A stretch of 64,000 nucleotides of DNA from Escherichia coli. GTDB lineage: Bacteria; Pseudomonadota; Gammaproteobacteria; Enterobacterales; Enterobacteriaceae. The stretch lies in NCBI RefSeq assembly GCF_030013595.1, contig NZ_CP122768.1. One strand, 5' to 3'. The notes beneath the pieces were generated by a model. That model had not been told where the DNA came from. It worked only from the letters and a program-made list of their open reading frames with translations, and ran no database searches. The translations under genes and the position numbers were made by a program. This document shows positions 45,743 through 54,923 of the stretch, in pieces (the first letter of the stretch is position 1; each line of letters starts with the position of its first letter).

Positions 45743-46684
45743 ATGTTATTTTCCGCTAACTTTTTCACTAACGAAGTAACCAACGCTAAAGCAGTTATCA
45801 AATTTGGCACCGAAGCAAACAAGAAGATTCAGCCGAAAGTTGTTGCTCATGTTTCCTTTGCGCAGCAGAAATCCGCTTTCGCTGGCTTTAAAGCACATCG
45901 TGAAGCACTGATCGCGGCTGGCTTTGGTGTTGACGGTAAACTGCCTAACGGCATTCGTAAAGCAATCGACCGCGTTAAACCAGTTAAAGACGTTGCAGTA
46001 GACCACATCGTTACTTTTACCGTTAAGAACTCTTCTGAACTGTTCCACCTGGTTATTGCTGGTGATACTGCTATCGTTTCCGCTCCTAACATGGATTTTC
46101 AGGATACCGCTGATTGCCAGATCACCTTCGGTCGTCGTAAAGAAGTTACCGGAAAAGCTAAACTGAACTTCACTAAATCCGGCAATCCTTACTTTGCTGT
46201 ATTCTTTAACAGCCACGCTACCGAAAAAGAAGTTGTAGAACTGGTTGCTTATGAAGGTGAAGAGAAAGAACGTATTGAATCTTGCGAAGCATTTCTGGAA
46301 CTGGAAGCACAGGTGAATGCTGTTTCTCCGGTTGTTGAAGATCGCTTTGCTGCACTGGAAGCACAGATCGCAGAACTGAAAGCTGCACTGGAAGAAAAAG
46401 ACCAGATTATCGAAGCACAGAAAGCTGAGATTGAAGAACTGAAAGCTAAAGAAGTTGCTCCGGTGGCAGTAGTTGAAAACGCGGCTGATGAGGCCGCAAA
46501 TGATGAAGTAGAAGTGAAAATCGATGTGATGCGTGATCCGATGGCTGCACTGCAATTACTTCGTTCTTTTAAGGGCAAATCTCATTTTTCTAGTGATGTA
46601 GAAGATGAGGAAGAAGAACAGAAACGCAATGCTGCAATGCTTCATGATGAAATGTACGGTACTAACTTTTCTTACTGCCAATAA
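45743..46684 (+). CDS. Highly codon-optimised protein of unknown function with central coiled coil and acidic tail, 313 aa
   Basis: AGGAG SD. Codon usage of the highly expressed type, which generates long shadow ORFs on the opposite strand. Flanked by hairpins at 45673-45699 and 46690-46707. Confidence 0.7.
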   Translation: MLFSANFFTNEVTNAKAVIKFGTEANKKIQPKVVAHVSFAQQKSAFAGFKAHREALIAAGFGVDGKLPNGIRKAIDRVKPVKDVAVDHIVTFTVKNSSELFHLVIAGDTAIVSAPNMDFQDTADCQITFGRRKEVTGKAKLNFTKSGNPYFAVFFNSHATEKEVVELVAYEGEEKERIESCEAFLELEAQVNAVSPVVEDRFAALEAQIAELKAALEEKDQIIEAQKAEIEELKAKEVAPVAVVENAADEAANDEVEVKIDVMRDPMAALQLLRSFKGKSHFSSDVEDEEEEQKRNAAMLHDEMYGTNFSYCQ

Positions 46685-46779
46685 AAAAAGGGACTCCGAA
46701 GAGTCCCTAGTAAGTTTAGGTTAGGTTTGCACAACAAAGATGAGGTTATAATGAATATAATGCTACATTATTCTTTAAA

Positions 46780-46811
46780 GCCAGAAAAATAACCGCCCCC
46801 TTCGGGGCGGG
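46780..46811 (-). terminator. Rho-independent terminator for the 47903-46969 operon
   Basis: Minus strand reads CCGCCCC-gaag-GGGGCGG followed by TTATTTTTC. Confidence 0.7.
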
Positions 46812-46968
46812 AGGATTAATACTCAATCTATACTTGTTATGTTTTTATGTTGTATAGTCACTGACTATGAAAACACTGTACTGAATGTGTTTTATGGCTT
46901 TTAATCGGGAACTCTCTTTCGAAAATTCCCTGTTAAAACCACATAAGGAGAAAAGGCAGATTACAATA

Positions 46969-47253
46969 TTATTTAGTCTGTTTGAAAACGAACGTTAAAA
47001 ATTCGATTAAGCAATATACCCAAAGTACGGTCAGCATCAAATGCATAGCAATAGTTGGATGGAAGTTAAAAAGTGTCATACTAACTAGGCCAACAATATA
47101 AGAAATTCCTTCGACAATTAACGCAAGGCTAGCAAATGCAACAAACGCACCTAAGAATAATTCGCCTCGTTCTTTCGGTTCGGTTCCGAGTTTATAAGCA
47201 GAGATAGCAGCCAGAATAGTAATGATGACAGCATAGGTAATAAAAGTAGCCAT
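46969..47253 (-). CDS. Small polytopic membrane protein, 94 aa
   Basis: Three predicted hydrophobic helices. AAGAGGA SD. Confidence 0.6.
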   Translation of the reverse strand: MATFITYAVIITILAAISAYKLGTEPKERGELFLGAFVAFASLALIVEGISYIVGLVSMTLFNFHPTIAMHLMLTVLWVYCLIEFLTFVFKQTK

Positions 47254-47345
47254 AGTTTTATATCCTCTTAAAAGTTAAGCGGGGGATGTTCTCCCCCGTA
47301 GACGTTGACCATCAACATCTTTCATACATTTATTTATAACGCGTT

Positions 47346-47903
47346 TTAAGACACATCAAATTCATCGTCTTCTTCTGGTTCTTGTTCTTCCGGTTCATCC
47401 ATTAATGGTAATTCTTCTTCCTCGTCTTCTCCCAAATCTGCATTTTCGAACAAGTCCCCTACTTCATTTAAACGACGCTCGATGATCTCCCTTAGCTTAT
47501 TCTTTAATGTTTTCTGGTCATTGGCAGATTCGAGAATTTCTAGGGCATCGATCGTACAAATCTGCAAAATAGTCTGCTTCACTTTCCCGCAATATTCCGC
47601 TAGTTGCTGTTCTACATAACCGACAGGAATCAGGAGGTTCATTTTTTCCTGATTCTCTCGTTCGGCTGCATCTGCCATTGCTCTTTCTCTGCGGAGACGT
47701 TCTTGATCAATCGCTTCTTTGATTGAAGTTTGTTTAAGTGGGTTAATTACGTTCTTTAGCACCCAATCGCAACCTTCCTTTGCCGGAACACGCCTCTTAT
47801 TGGTATTGTAAGGTAGTCCCCTTTCTAACCATCGCTTACCGCCACCATTCAATGTATAGCCATATAAACGGGAAATTTCTGTAAGGGTTAATTCTTCTTT
47901 CAT
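47346..47903 (-). CDS. Nu1-like terminase small subunit candidate (N-terminal wHTH, central coiled coil, acidic tail), 185 aa
   Basis: The N-terminus LTLTEISRLYGYTLNGGGKRWLERGLP and the ERLRRERAMADAAERENQEKMNLLIPV segment resemble Nu1/TerS architecture. The gene is not adjacent to the large subunit. Confidence 0.45.
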   Translation of the reverse strand: MKEELTLTEISRLYGYTLNGGGKRWLERGLPYNTNKRRVPAKEGCDWVLKNVINPLKQTSIKEAIDQERLRRERAMADAAERENQEKMNLLIPVGYVEQQLAEYCGKVKQTILQICTIDALEILESANDQKTLKNKLREIIERRLNEVGDLFENADLGEDEEEELPLMDEPEEQEPEEDDEFDVS

Positions 47904-48350
47904 TGGTTATCCTCCATTAAATTTGCGTAATTTTATTTATTGGTTTTACGCAAAATCTAAGCGCCTAAATCGCATTCTAACGAAGGGAAAGATCCAGTAA
48001 TGGTAAGGGCTAGGAAGTGGGTTAATAGTCGCGTAGCGACCGCGCTAGGACTGCACTGATCACGTTTTAAAATCTCACACGCACATCAAAAACCGGGGTG
48101 CCGAAAACTCGCTTTATCTGACCCCGATCCAGAACCTAAATCATTTGTCAAGTCTTTCCGATTCAGTAAAGGGGAACATGCATCTAAGCTAGAGAAGCTC
48201 ATAAAGACTAAGTATGAATGCGGTGTTGTTAGTCGGGATGATATGCGAGACGGTTACACTGAAACGCTACCATTTGAAGCATTGCCGGAGATCATCACTA
48301 TCACCAACAAAATGATAAGCGAAAGCATCCTCGTAAGTAATTGATTCCTA

Positions 48351-48378
48351 AGCCCTGTCCTTGTGATGGGGCTTTTTT
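48351..48378 (+). terminator. Possible plus-strand terminator just inside attR
   Basis: AGCCCT...GGGGCT followed by TTTTTT. Confidence 0.45.
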
Positions 48379-48394
48379 ATTGGAAAAATTTTAG

Positions 48395-48724
48395 TTATTG
48401 GGGTTTACAACATTTAGGTTTGCCAATTCGTCTGGCTAACTCTTGCTGAGTGATTTCTGACTGTAAAAAAGCATTTAACAGCAATACCTTAGAGGCGACA
48501 CTCAAAGGCACTTCAATAAAGTGATCGTGACTATTTAATGGCGAAGGTAACGGGATAAGCTCGTTATCTTCAAAATAAAAATCAAATGCGGTCAGTAAAG
48601 CATCTTTTGCCGCTTCCATCGCTTCAGCAACTGTTTCGCCCTGGGTCAACGCTTCAGGGATATCCACAAAAGAAACCATATAACCGCCTTCCGGCGCGGG
48701 TGTAAGAGTGACGGGATAACGCAT
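48395..48724 (-). pseudogene. hicB: 5' part of hicB fused to 5 phage-derived codons (HicB residues 1-104 plus CCKPQ-stop)
   Basis: MRYPVTLTPAPEGGYMVSFVDIPEAL...ELARRIGKPK, then CCKPQ and TAA at 48395-48397. The HTH recognition helix and C-terminus are missing. Confidence 0.85.
48413..48421. repeat. attR core TTTAGGTTT
   Basis: See attL. hicB sequence resumes at 48413. Confidence 0.85.
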
Positions 48725-48770
48725 AATTTCGACTGTCTCTCGCATGTCATTAACCTTTTTAATTGGCGAT

Positions 48771-48947
48771 TAACTCAAACCGAGTTGCTTCAGGATTGCT
48801 TTACGCAATGGTTCTTTAATCTCATCGCAGGGGTGACGCGGCATGACACTGCGCCTCCCGTGAAACCTGAGTTTTAAATGGTTGCTGCCATTCGCTACAT
48901 CGACGCCCTGAGATTCGAGCCAACGTCTGAACTCGCTTTGTTTCACA
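48771..48947 (-). CDS. hicA: Type II toxin HicA (mRNA interferase), 58 aa, GTG start
   Basis: Hand translation gives (M)KQSEFRRWLESQGVDVANGSNHLKLRFHGRRSVMPRHPCDEIKEPLRKAILKQLGLS. Below the ORF-track cutoff. Confidence 0.85.
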
Positions 48948-49167
48948 TCGCCTCCCTGCCGCTGAGTATATCAACAAAGTAAACATTAGTGTTTACCTCC
49001 GTGTGTAATTTGCTCGAAAATAGCACTAAATCGCCGCAACGGCAGAATGCAATGCAAAATCAGGAAGGAAGATTCCAGAATTTCTTTGCGCTAATTTGCA
49101 AAACTGAATAATAACCTCAAGAAACTATCGGCATCATAGCGGCAAAAGGTGAGAAAAAGGTGGCGGG

Positions 49168-49398
49168 ATGTTTACGAAGGCGTTATCGGTTGTCTTATTA
49201 ACGTGTGCGCTGTTCTCAGGACAACTCATGGCAGGGCACAAAGGACATGAATTTATGTGGGTAAAGAATGTGGATCATCAGCTACGTCATGAAGCGGACA
49301 GCGATGAATTGCGTGCCGTGGCGGAAGAGTCGGCGGAAGGTTTGCGCGAGCATTTTTACTGGCAAAAATCGCGCAAACCAGAAGCGGGACAACGTTGA
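49168..49398 (+). CDS. yncJ: Small secreted protein YncJ
   Basis: 76 aa, MFTKALSVVLLTCALFSGQLMA..., matching K-12 YncJ. Confidence 0.9.
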   Translation: MFTKALSVVLLTCALFSGQLMAGHKGHEFMWVKNVDHQLRHEADSDELRAVAEESAEGLREHFYWQKSRKPEAGQR

Positions 49399-49408
49399 GT
49401 CATTTATT

Positions 49409-49438
49409 GCCGGATGCGGCGTGACGCCTTACCCGGCC
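49409..49438. repeat. REP (repetitive extragenic palindrome) element
   Basis: GCCGGATGCGGCGTGACGCCTTACCCGGCC matches the E. coli REP consensus. Confidence 0.8.
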
Positions 49439-49489
49439 AACAATATCATGCAGATTCAATAAGTTGTGAGTAACCAGAAAACTGGCGTT

Positions 49490-51451
49490 TTACCCTTTTC
49501 GCTTCGGCAATGTTTTCAGCAGCTCATCCGGACTTACGGAGGCGACAACACTTCCCGGTAACGGCATTTTCAGAATGTGATTTTTAATTTTGCCGATGAC
49601 GTGCATCTCGCATGGGCGGCAATCAAACTTTAGCGTTAATACTTCATCGCCGTTAACCAGTTGCATTGGCGTCGCCTTCCAGCTTTTGATATTGCCTTTC
49701 GCCTGTTTCGGGCACAGATTGAAGGCAAAGCGCAGACAATGCTTAGTGATCATCACCGGGACTTCGCCCTTCTCTTCATGTGCCTCATACGCCGCGTCAA
49801 TCAGCTGCACACCGTAGCGATGATAAAATTCACGCGCTTTCTGGTTGTATACGTTCGCGAGGAAACTCAGATGCGTTTGCGGATAAACCGGCGCAGGATC
49901 AGCAACCGGTTTACGGCTGCCCCGCTGGTAACCGGCAAGACGTGCAGCATCCAGCATGTCGGCGGCTTCACGGCGGAACTGGTTTAACAGACTGTTTGGT
50001 ACAAACAGCGCACCCGGCAAATTAATTTGCACATCGCGGGCGTAATAGATGGTTTGCCCCAGTTTTGCCAGACCATCCTTTAGATTGTTCATTGCTTTTT
50101 CGGCGTTATTGGCTTCGTCGAACTGCCCGTCCAGCGTATGCATGATGCTGACACCCTCTTCACTGGTGAGGGTCAGAATCAGTTGTTCCTGCCAGCCGCC
50201 CAGTTCAATGTCTACCGCCACCCGACGTTCGCTGGATGTTTTGGTCAGTGCCTGCTGCCAGTTATGATCAAGATTACGGTTTAGTGGGTGATGCGGGCGA
50301 ATTTTGTGCAACTCTGCTGGCATTTCATTGGGCCAGACGCGGTACTGATTTTCTCCGGTTTTCTCGACCGTATTGGCACGAAAGCCGACGACTTCACGTT
50401 TAATCATCACGTTCAGGCCATCGCCATTTGCCAGTGGTTCGGAAACGGCAACATCGAGATGATCTTTCGCCACTTTCAATACTTCACCCACCGGCAGGCC
50501 GATAAATTTCGGCGAATCGAACGCGCCAATATCGCCTTTACGGGCATTCACAAAATAATCTGTGCTACCACGGTGGAAAGTCTTTTCCGTCGATGGAACA
50601 AAGAAATGTTCAGTACGACCTGATGAAGCACGCGTCAGATCGACACGTTCTTCAATAATGGCATCCAGCATCTGGCGATAATGGGCGGTGATATTCTTCA
50701 CGTAGCTCATATCTTTGTAACGCCCTTCAATCTTGAAGGAGCGTACGCCAGCATCAATCAGCGCGCCGAGGTTGGCAGTCTGATCGTTATCTTTCATCGA
50801 CAGCAGATGTTTTTCATAGGAAACCACCCGCCCCTGATCGTCTTTCAATGTGTATGGCAAACGGCACGCCTGCGAGCAATCGCCACGGTTGGCGCTACGC
50901 CCTGTTTGCGCATGAGAAATGTAGCACTGACCCGAATAGGCCACGCACAGTGCGCCATGAATAAAGAATTCAATGGTCGCGTCCGTGGCCTGGTGAATCG
51001 CGCGGATCTGCTCAAGATTCAGTTCTCGCGCCAGCACAATCTGCGTGAAGCCAACATCAGAGAGGAACTTCGCTTTTTCTACTGTACGAATGTCGCACTG
51101 CGTACTGGCGTGCAGTTCAATCGGCGGAATATCAAGTTCCAGAATCCCCATATCCTGAACAATCAGCGCATCGACGCCGGTCTGGTAGAGGTCAGTAATC
51201 AGCCGTTGCGCGGGTTCCAGCTCATCATCATGCAAAATTGTGTTAAGCGTGACGAAAATTTTTGCACCATAACGATGGGCAAACGGCACCAGCTCGGCAA
51301 TATCTTTCAGGCTATTACTGGCATTATGACGGGCACCAAAACCAGGGCCGCCGATATAAACAGCATCGGCACCGTGCAAAATAGCTTCGCGGGCAATGGC
51401 GGCATCGCGTGCCGGACTTAACAGTTCAAGACGATGAGAAGATACAGTCAC
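49490..51451 (-). CDS. rlhA: U32-family protein RlhA/YdcP (23S rRNA C2501 hydroxylation)
   Basis: Matches K-12 YdcP. The GTG start at 51451 gives 653 aa. The track ORF extends to 51493. Confidence 0.85.
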   Translation of the reverse strand: MTVSSHRLELLSPARDAAIAREAILHGADAVYIGGPGFGARHNASNSLKDIAELVPFAHRYGAKIFVTLNTILHDDELEPAQRLITDLYQTGVDALIVQDMGILELDIPPIELHASTQCDIRTVEKAKFLSDVGFTQIVLARELNLEQIRAIHQATDATIEFFIHGALCVAYSGQCYISHAQTGRSANRGDCSQACRLPYTLKDDQGRVVSYEKHLLSMKDNDQTANLGALIDAGVRSFKIEGRYKDMSYVKNITAHYRQMLDAIIEERVDLTRASSGRTEHFFVPSTEKTFHRGSTDYFVNARKGDIGAFDSPKFIGLPVGEVLKVAKDHLDVAVSEPLANGDGLNVMIKREVVGFRANTVEKTGENQYRVWPNEMPAELHKIRPHHPLNRNLDHNWQQALTKTSSERRVAVDIELGGWQEQLILTLTSEEGVSIMHTLDGQFDEANNAEKAMNNLKDGLAKLGQTIYYARDVQINLPGALFVPNSLLNQFRREAADMLDAARLAGYQRGSRKPVADPAPVYPQTHLSFLANVYNQKAREFYHRYGVQLIDAAYEAHEEKGEVPVMITKHCLRFAFNLCPKQAKGNIKSWKATPMQLVNGDEVLTLKFDCRPCEMHVIGKIKNHILKMPLPGSVVASVSPDELLKTLPKRKG

Positions 51452-51523
51452 TTTCTTATCCAGTAGCTGAAAAATGGCGGCTATTTTAGCCACAAGCGCG
51501 ACGTTGCGAAATAGTTTTCCCGC

Positions 51524-52060
51524 TTAACTGCGCGGGTAATGGATGAGGGAATGAAAATGTACGGTTTGCTCCCCTCCATTACGATAGACATGCGTGACGT
51601 CTGCAGCAAATCGAGCGCCTTCCCCACAATTAAGGCTCTGCCATTCACCATCAACGCACAGATCAAGTTGTCCATCAATGACGACGACATGTTCGATTAC
51701 CCCCTTCTCATGGGGCGTCGATTCGCTTATTGCACCGGGTGCCATCTGAATCGAGAAGTGTTCAAAGCAGAGTTGTGGATCATAAGGAAACAGCGAAGTG
51801 ATCACCATCGCCTGCCGTTGTGGATCATAAACTGAAGGCGTAGCGGACTGCGGCGGAGAAATAAATGTTGAAAATGGCACGTTCAACCCGGTGGCAATTT
51901 TCCATAATGTCGCGACCGTCGGGCTGGATTCATTACGCTCAATCTGCCCTAACATCGCTTTAGAAACGCCCGTCGCTTCTGCCAGTCGCGAAAGACTCCA
52001 GCCGCGCTGCTGACGTAGTTGTTTAAGTGTGGTGGATAAAAAGCGAGCGAGATTTTCCAT
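51524..52060 (-). CDS. sutR: XRE-HTH plus cupin regulator SutR (YdcN)
   Basis: 178 aa, MENLARFLSTTLKQLRQQRGWSLSRLAEATGVSKAMLGQIERNE... Confidence 0.9.
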   Translation of the reverse strand: MENLARFLSTTLKQLRQQRGWSLSRLAEATGVSKAMLGQIERNESSPTVATLWKIATGLNVPFSTFISPPQSATPSVYDPQRQAMVITSLFPYDPQLCFEHFSIQMAPGAISESTPHEKGVIEHVVVIDGQLDLCVDGEWQSLNCGEGARFAADVTHVYRNGGEQTVHFHSLIHYPRS

Positions 52061-52151
52061 GCGACTCCTCCGGCAAAACGGAAGTTTATCACTTGTGCGT
52101 TATAACGGACAAATGCTACGGTACCTGTACGTTATAACGCACGAGGTGACT

Positions 52152-53324
52152 ATGCGTCTGTTTTCTATTCCTCCACCCACGCTACTGGCGGGGTTTCTGG
52201 CGGTATTAATTGGCTACGCCAGTTCAGCGGCAATAATCTGGCAAGCAGCGATTGTCGCCGGAGCCACCACTGCACAAATCTCTGGCTGGATGACGGCGCT
52301 GGGGCTGGCAATGGGCGTCAGTACGCTGACTCTGACATTATGGTATCGCGTACCTGTTCTCACCGCATGGTCAACGCCTGGCGCGGCTTTGTTGGTCACC
52401 GGATTACAGGGACTAACACTTAACGAAGCCATCGGCGTTTTTATTGTCACCAACGCGTTAATAGTCCTCTGCGGCATAACGGGACTCTTTGCTCGTCTGA
52501 TGCGCATTATTCCGCACTCGCTTGCGGCGGCAATGCTTGCCGGGATTTTATTACGCTTTGGTTTACAGGCGTTTGCCAGTCTGGATGGTCAATCTACGTT
52601 GTGTGGAAGTATGTTGCTGGTATGGCTGGCAACCAAGGCCGTTGCGCCGCGCTATGCGGTAATTGCCGCGATGATTATTGGGGTCGTGATCGTTATCGCG
52701 CAAGGTGACGTTGTCACAACTGATGTTGTCTTTAAACCCGTTCTCCCCACTTATATTAGCCCTGATTTTTCGTTTGCTCACAGCCTGAGCGTTGCACTCC
52801 CCCTTTTTCTGGTGACGATGGCATCGCAAAACGCACCGGGTATCGCAGCAATGAAAGCCGCCGGATATTCAGCTCCTGTTTCGCCATTAATTGTATTTAC
52901 TGGATTGCTGGCACTGGTTTTTTCCCCTTTCGGCGTTTATTCCGTCGGTATTGCGGCAATCACCGCGGCTATTTGCCAAAGCCCGGAAGCGCATCCGGAT
53001 AAAGATCAACGTTGGCTGGCAGCTGCCGTTGCCGGCATTTTCTATTTGCTCGCAGGTTTGTTTGGTAGTGCCATTACCGGGATGATGGCTGCCCTGCCCG
53101 TAAGTTGGATCCAGATGCTGGCAGGTCTGGCGCTGTTAAGTACCATTGGCGGCAGTTTGTATCAGGCGCTGCATAATGAGCGTGAGCGAGACGCGGCGGT
53201 GGTGGCATTTCTGGTAACGGCAAGTGGATTGACGCTGGTCGGGATTGGTTCTGCGTTCTGGGGATTAATTGCCGGAGGCGTTTGTTACGTGGTGTTGAAT
53301 TTAATCGCTCACAGAAACCGATAA
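52152..53324 (+). CDS. ydcO: BenE-family inner-membrane transporter YdcO
   Basis: Start at MRLFSIPPPTLLAGFLAVLIGY. Polytopic. Confidence 0.85.
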   Translation: MRLFSIPPPTLLAGFLAVLIGYASSAAIIWQAAIVAGATTAQISGWMTALGLAMGVSTLTLTLWYRVPVLTAWSTPGAALLVTGLQGLTLNEAIGVFIVTNALIVLCGITGLFARLMRIIPHSLAAAMLAGILLRFGLQAFASLDGQSTLCGSMLLVWLATKAVAPRYAVIAAMIIGVVIVIAQGDVVTTDVVFKPVLPTYISPDFSFAHSLSVALPLFLVTMASQNAPGIAAMKAAGYSAPVSPLIVFTGLLALVFSPFGVYSVGIAAITAAICQSPEAHPDKDQRWLAAAVAGIFYLLAGLFGSAITGMMAALPVSWIQMLAGLALLSTIGGSLYQALHNERERDAAVVAFLVTASGLTLVGIGSAFWGLIAGGVCYVVLNLIAHRNR

Positions 53325-53358
53325 TAAAAAGCGCCATCTTACGATGGCGCGGCTGGAA

Positions 53359-54027
53359 TTACTTTTTGTTAACGTCAAACATAGTGGCATCGGTCGCCAT
53401 GTCATCAATAACTTGTTTAATATTTTCGAAAGCCATTGGCGTACTTTCGTTATTCAGGTCTTTACCTTCGCCCTGACGAACGACTTTGATAACCGGTTTA
53501 TTAGTCGCTGCATCAATCAGCTCACCTTCAAAATAGAGGCGAGTATCCATGGTACGGTGGCCCGTCGCCATTTGCGTCCCCGCGACCACTAATGCGACAG
53601 GAACCACTTCATAGAATTGCAGCCCTTCTTTGCTGGTATCAACACCGGTAATGGCCCCACGGAAAATCAGACTACGCGGCCCAGCGGTGGTAACCAGTGG
53701 TTTACGCTGCGCTATCGCTTCTTTCATTTCGGTGTTGGTATAGTTCAAAATTTTATCCAGAACTTTCTGCCCTACCTGGGTTGAAGGTTTCGGTACCGGA
53801 TAATAAGTGATTGGGTTCCAGACGATGCTGTCATATTTGCTTTGATCAAAACTCGGGTCTACCCAACGTAAAACAGGTTTACCTGTTGCTGAGGTTGTTT
53901 CTTTTAAATCAGAGTAATTGTTTAAAAAACCAGAATATTTATCTGGCTGGGTGATTTTAGAGGCACAACCAGACAGAGCCAACAAGCCGCATAAAGCTGC
54001 AACTTTCGCAAATGATGTGGTACGCAT
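53359..54027 (-). CDS. ydcL: Lipoprotein YdcL
   Basis: 222 aa with lipobox LALSGC. Confidence 0.9.
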   Translation of the reverse strand: MRTTSFAKVAALCGLLALSGCASKITQPDKYSGFLNNYSDLKETTSATGKPVLRWVDPSFDQSKYDSIVWNPITYYPVPKPSTQVGQKVLDKILNYTNTEMKEAIAQRKPLVTTAGPRSLIFRGAITGVDTSKEGLQFYEVVPVALVVAGTQMATGHRTMDTRLYFEGELIDAATNKPVIKVVRQGEGKDLNNESTPMAFENIKQVIDDMATDATMFDVNKK

Positions 54028-54329
54028 GAATAGTTTCCTGAGATGATTATATTACTTTCTAAGTTATAGCAAAAAGCGCCGCTTCGTGTTGTGGCAAAAA
54101 AAGTGTTGGTGAAAATAAATTTTTTAGCCCCTTTTCAGACGACATAGTCAATGCCGAAAAAGGGGCTAAGTCAATCATCAGTAGTTAAATTTCAGTAAGT
54201 TAAGCGGCTAAAAAACTTCGACTACTGTGATTAATTTCACATCCCTTCGATAAAAAATATGCTTACCGAAAAGAAGAACAGTAAACCATCTCAGCGTGGG
54301 GAATTTTCACGCGCTTTGTTCTTACCGGA

Positions 54330-54923
54330 TCATTTTTTACGTGCCAGCATCGTGGCGAAACGCAGTTTAATACGATTACCGTTGGCGTCGGTACGGTGCA
54401 GCTCGCCGACGTCTTCATTGTATTTCACCCTCTCCCAGCCTTCGTAATATCGACGTAATTCTCCCTCTTTGAATGCAAACGGGAAGCCGACGGTACATGG
54501 ATAATCAGCGGTATCCATCGCCGCCACAATCAGGTTGTAACCGCCAGGTTTAGTGCAACGTTGCATATTGGCAATCAGCCCTGGGATGGTTTTAGCCTCA
54601 AGGAACATCAGCACCACAGTCGAAATAATAAAATCGTACTGTCCATCAAATGTGAGGTTATTCAGATCAACGACCCGGGTGTGTAAATTATCCAGATTTT
54701 CAATGGACTTAATGCGCTCGACGTTGGCGATACTCATGGCATTTTTATCCCATGCGTCAACATCATAACCATTGGCTGCCAGGTAAAGACTGTTACGACC
54801 ATTGCCACAGCCCAGATCCAGCGTTTTGCCCGGTTTAACCACTTTCACCGCTTCCAGCACTTCAGAGTGTGTGCGGGTTAATTCATATTTATCAGTAAAA
54901 TAGTTTTCATCACGAATGATCAT
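54330..54923 (-). CDS. tehB: Tellurite methyltransferase TehB
   Basis: 197 aa with SAM-binding motif [11 protein letters not shown]. Confidence 0.95.
   Translation of the reverse strand: MIIRDENYFTDKYELTRTHSEVLEAVKVVKPGKTLDLGCGNGRNSLYLAANGYDVDAWDKNAMSIANVERIKSIENLDNLHTRVVDLNNLTFDGQYDFIISTVVLMFLEAKTIPGLIANMQRCTKPGGYNLIVAAMDTADYPCTVGFPFAFKEGELRRYYEGWERVKYNEDVGELHRTDANGNRIKLRFATMLARKK

Noticed and set aside
45746-46578. 269-aa and 109-aa minus-strand ORFs opposite the 313-aa gene
   Set aside because: These are shadow frames created by the strong RNY-type codon bias of the plus-strand gene. Their composition is Phe/Cys/Ser-rich and low in complexity, and they have no RBS.
46715-46730. TTTAGGTTAGGTTTGC, resembling a tandem partial copy of the att core and flank (TTTAGGTTTGC)
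   Set aside because: A 9-mer match is expected by chance about once in every few 36-kb elements. It has no flanking similarity to attP arms. I note it only as a possible pseudo-site.
54124-54169. 12-bp-stem hairpin (TTAGCCCCTTTT-N22-AAAAGGGGCTAA) in the ydcL-tehB intergenic region
   Set aside because: It has no adjoining T-run on either strand and lies in conserved core intergenic DNA. It may be a protein-binding or REP-like structure, but nothing marks it as unusual.
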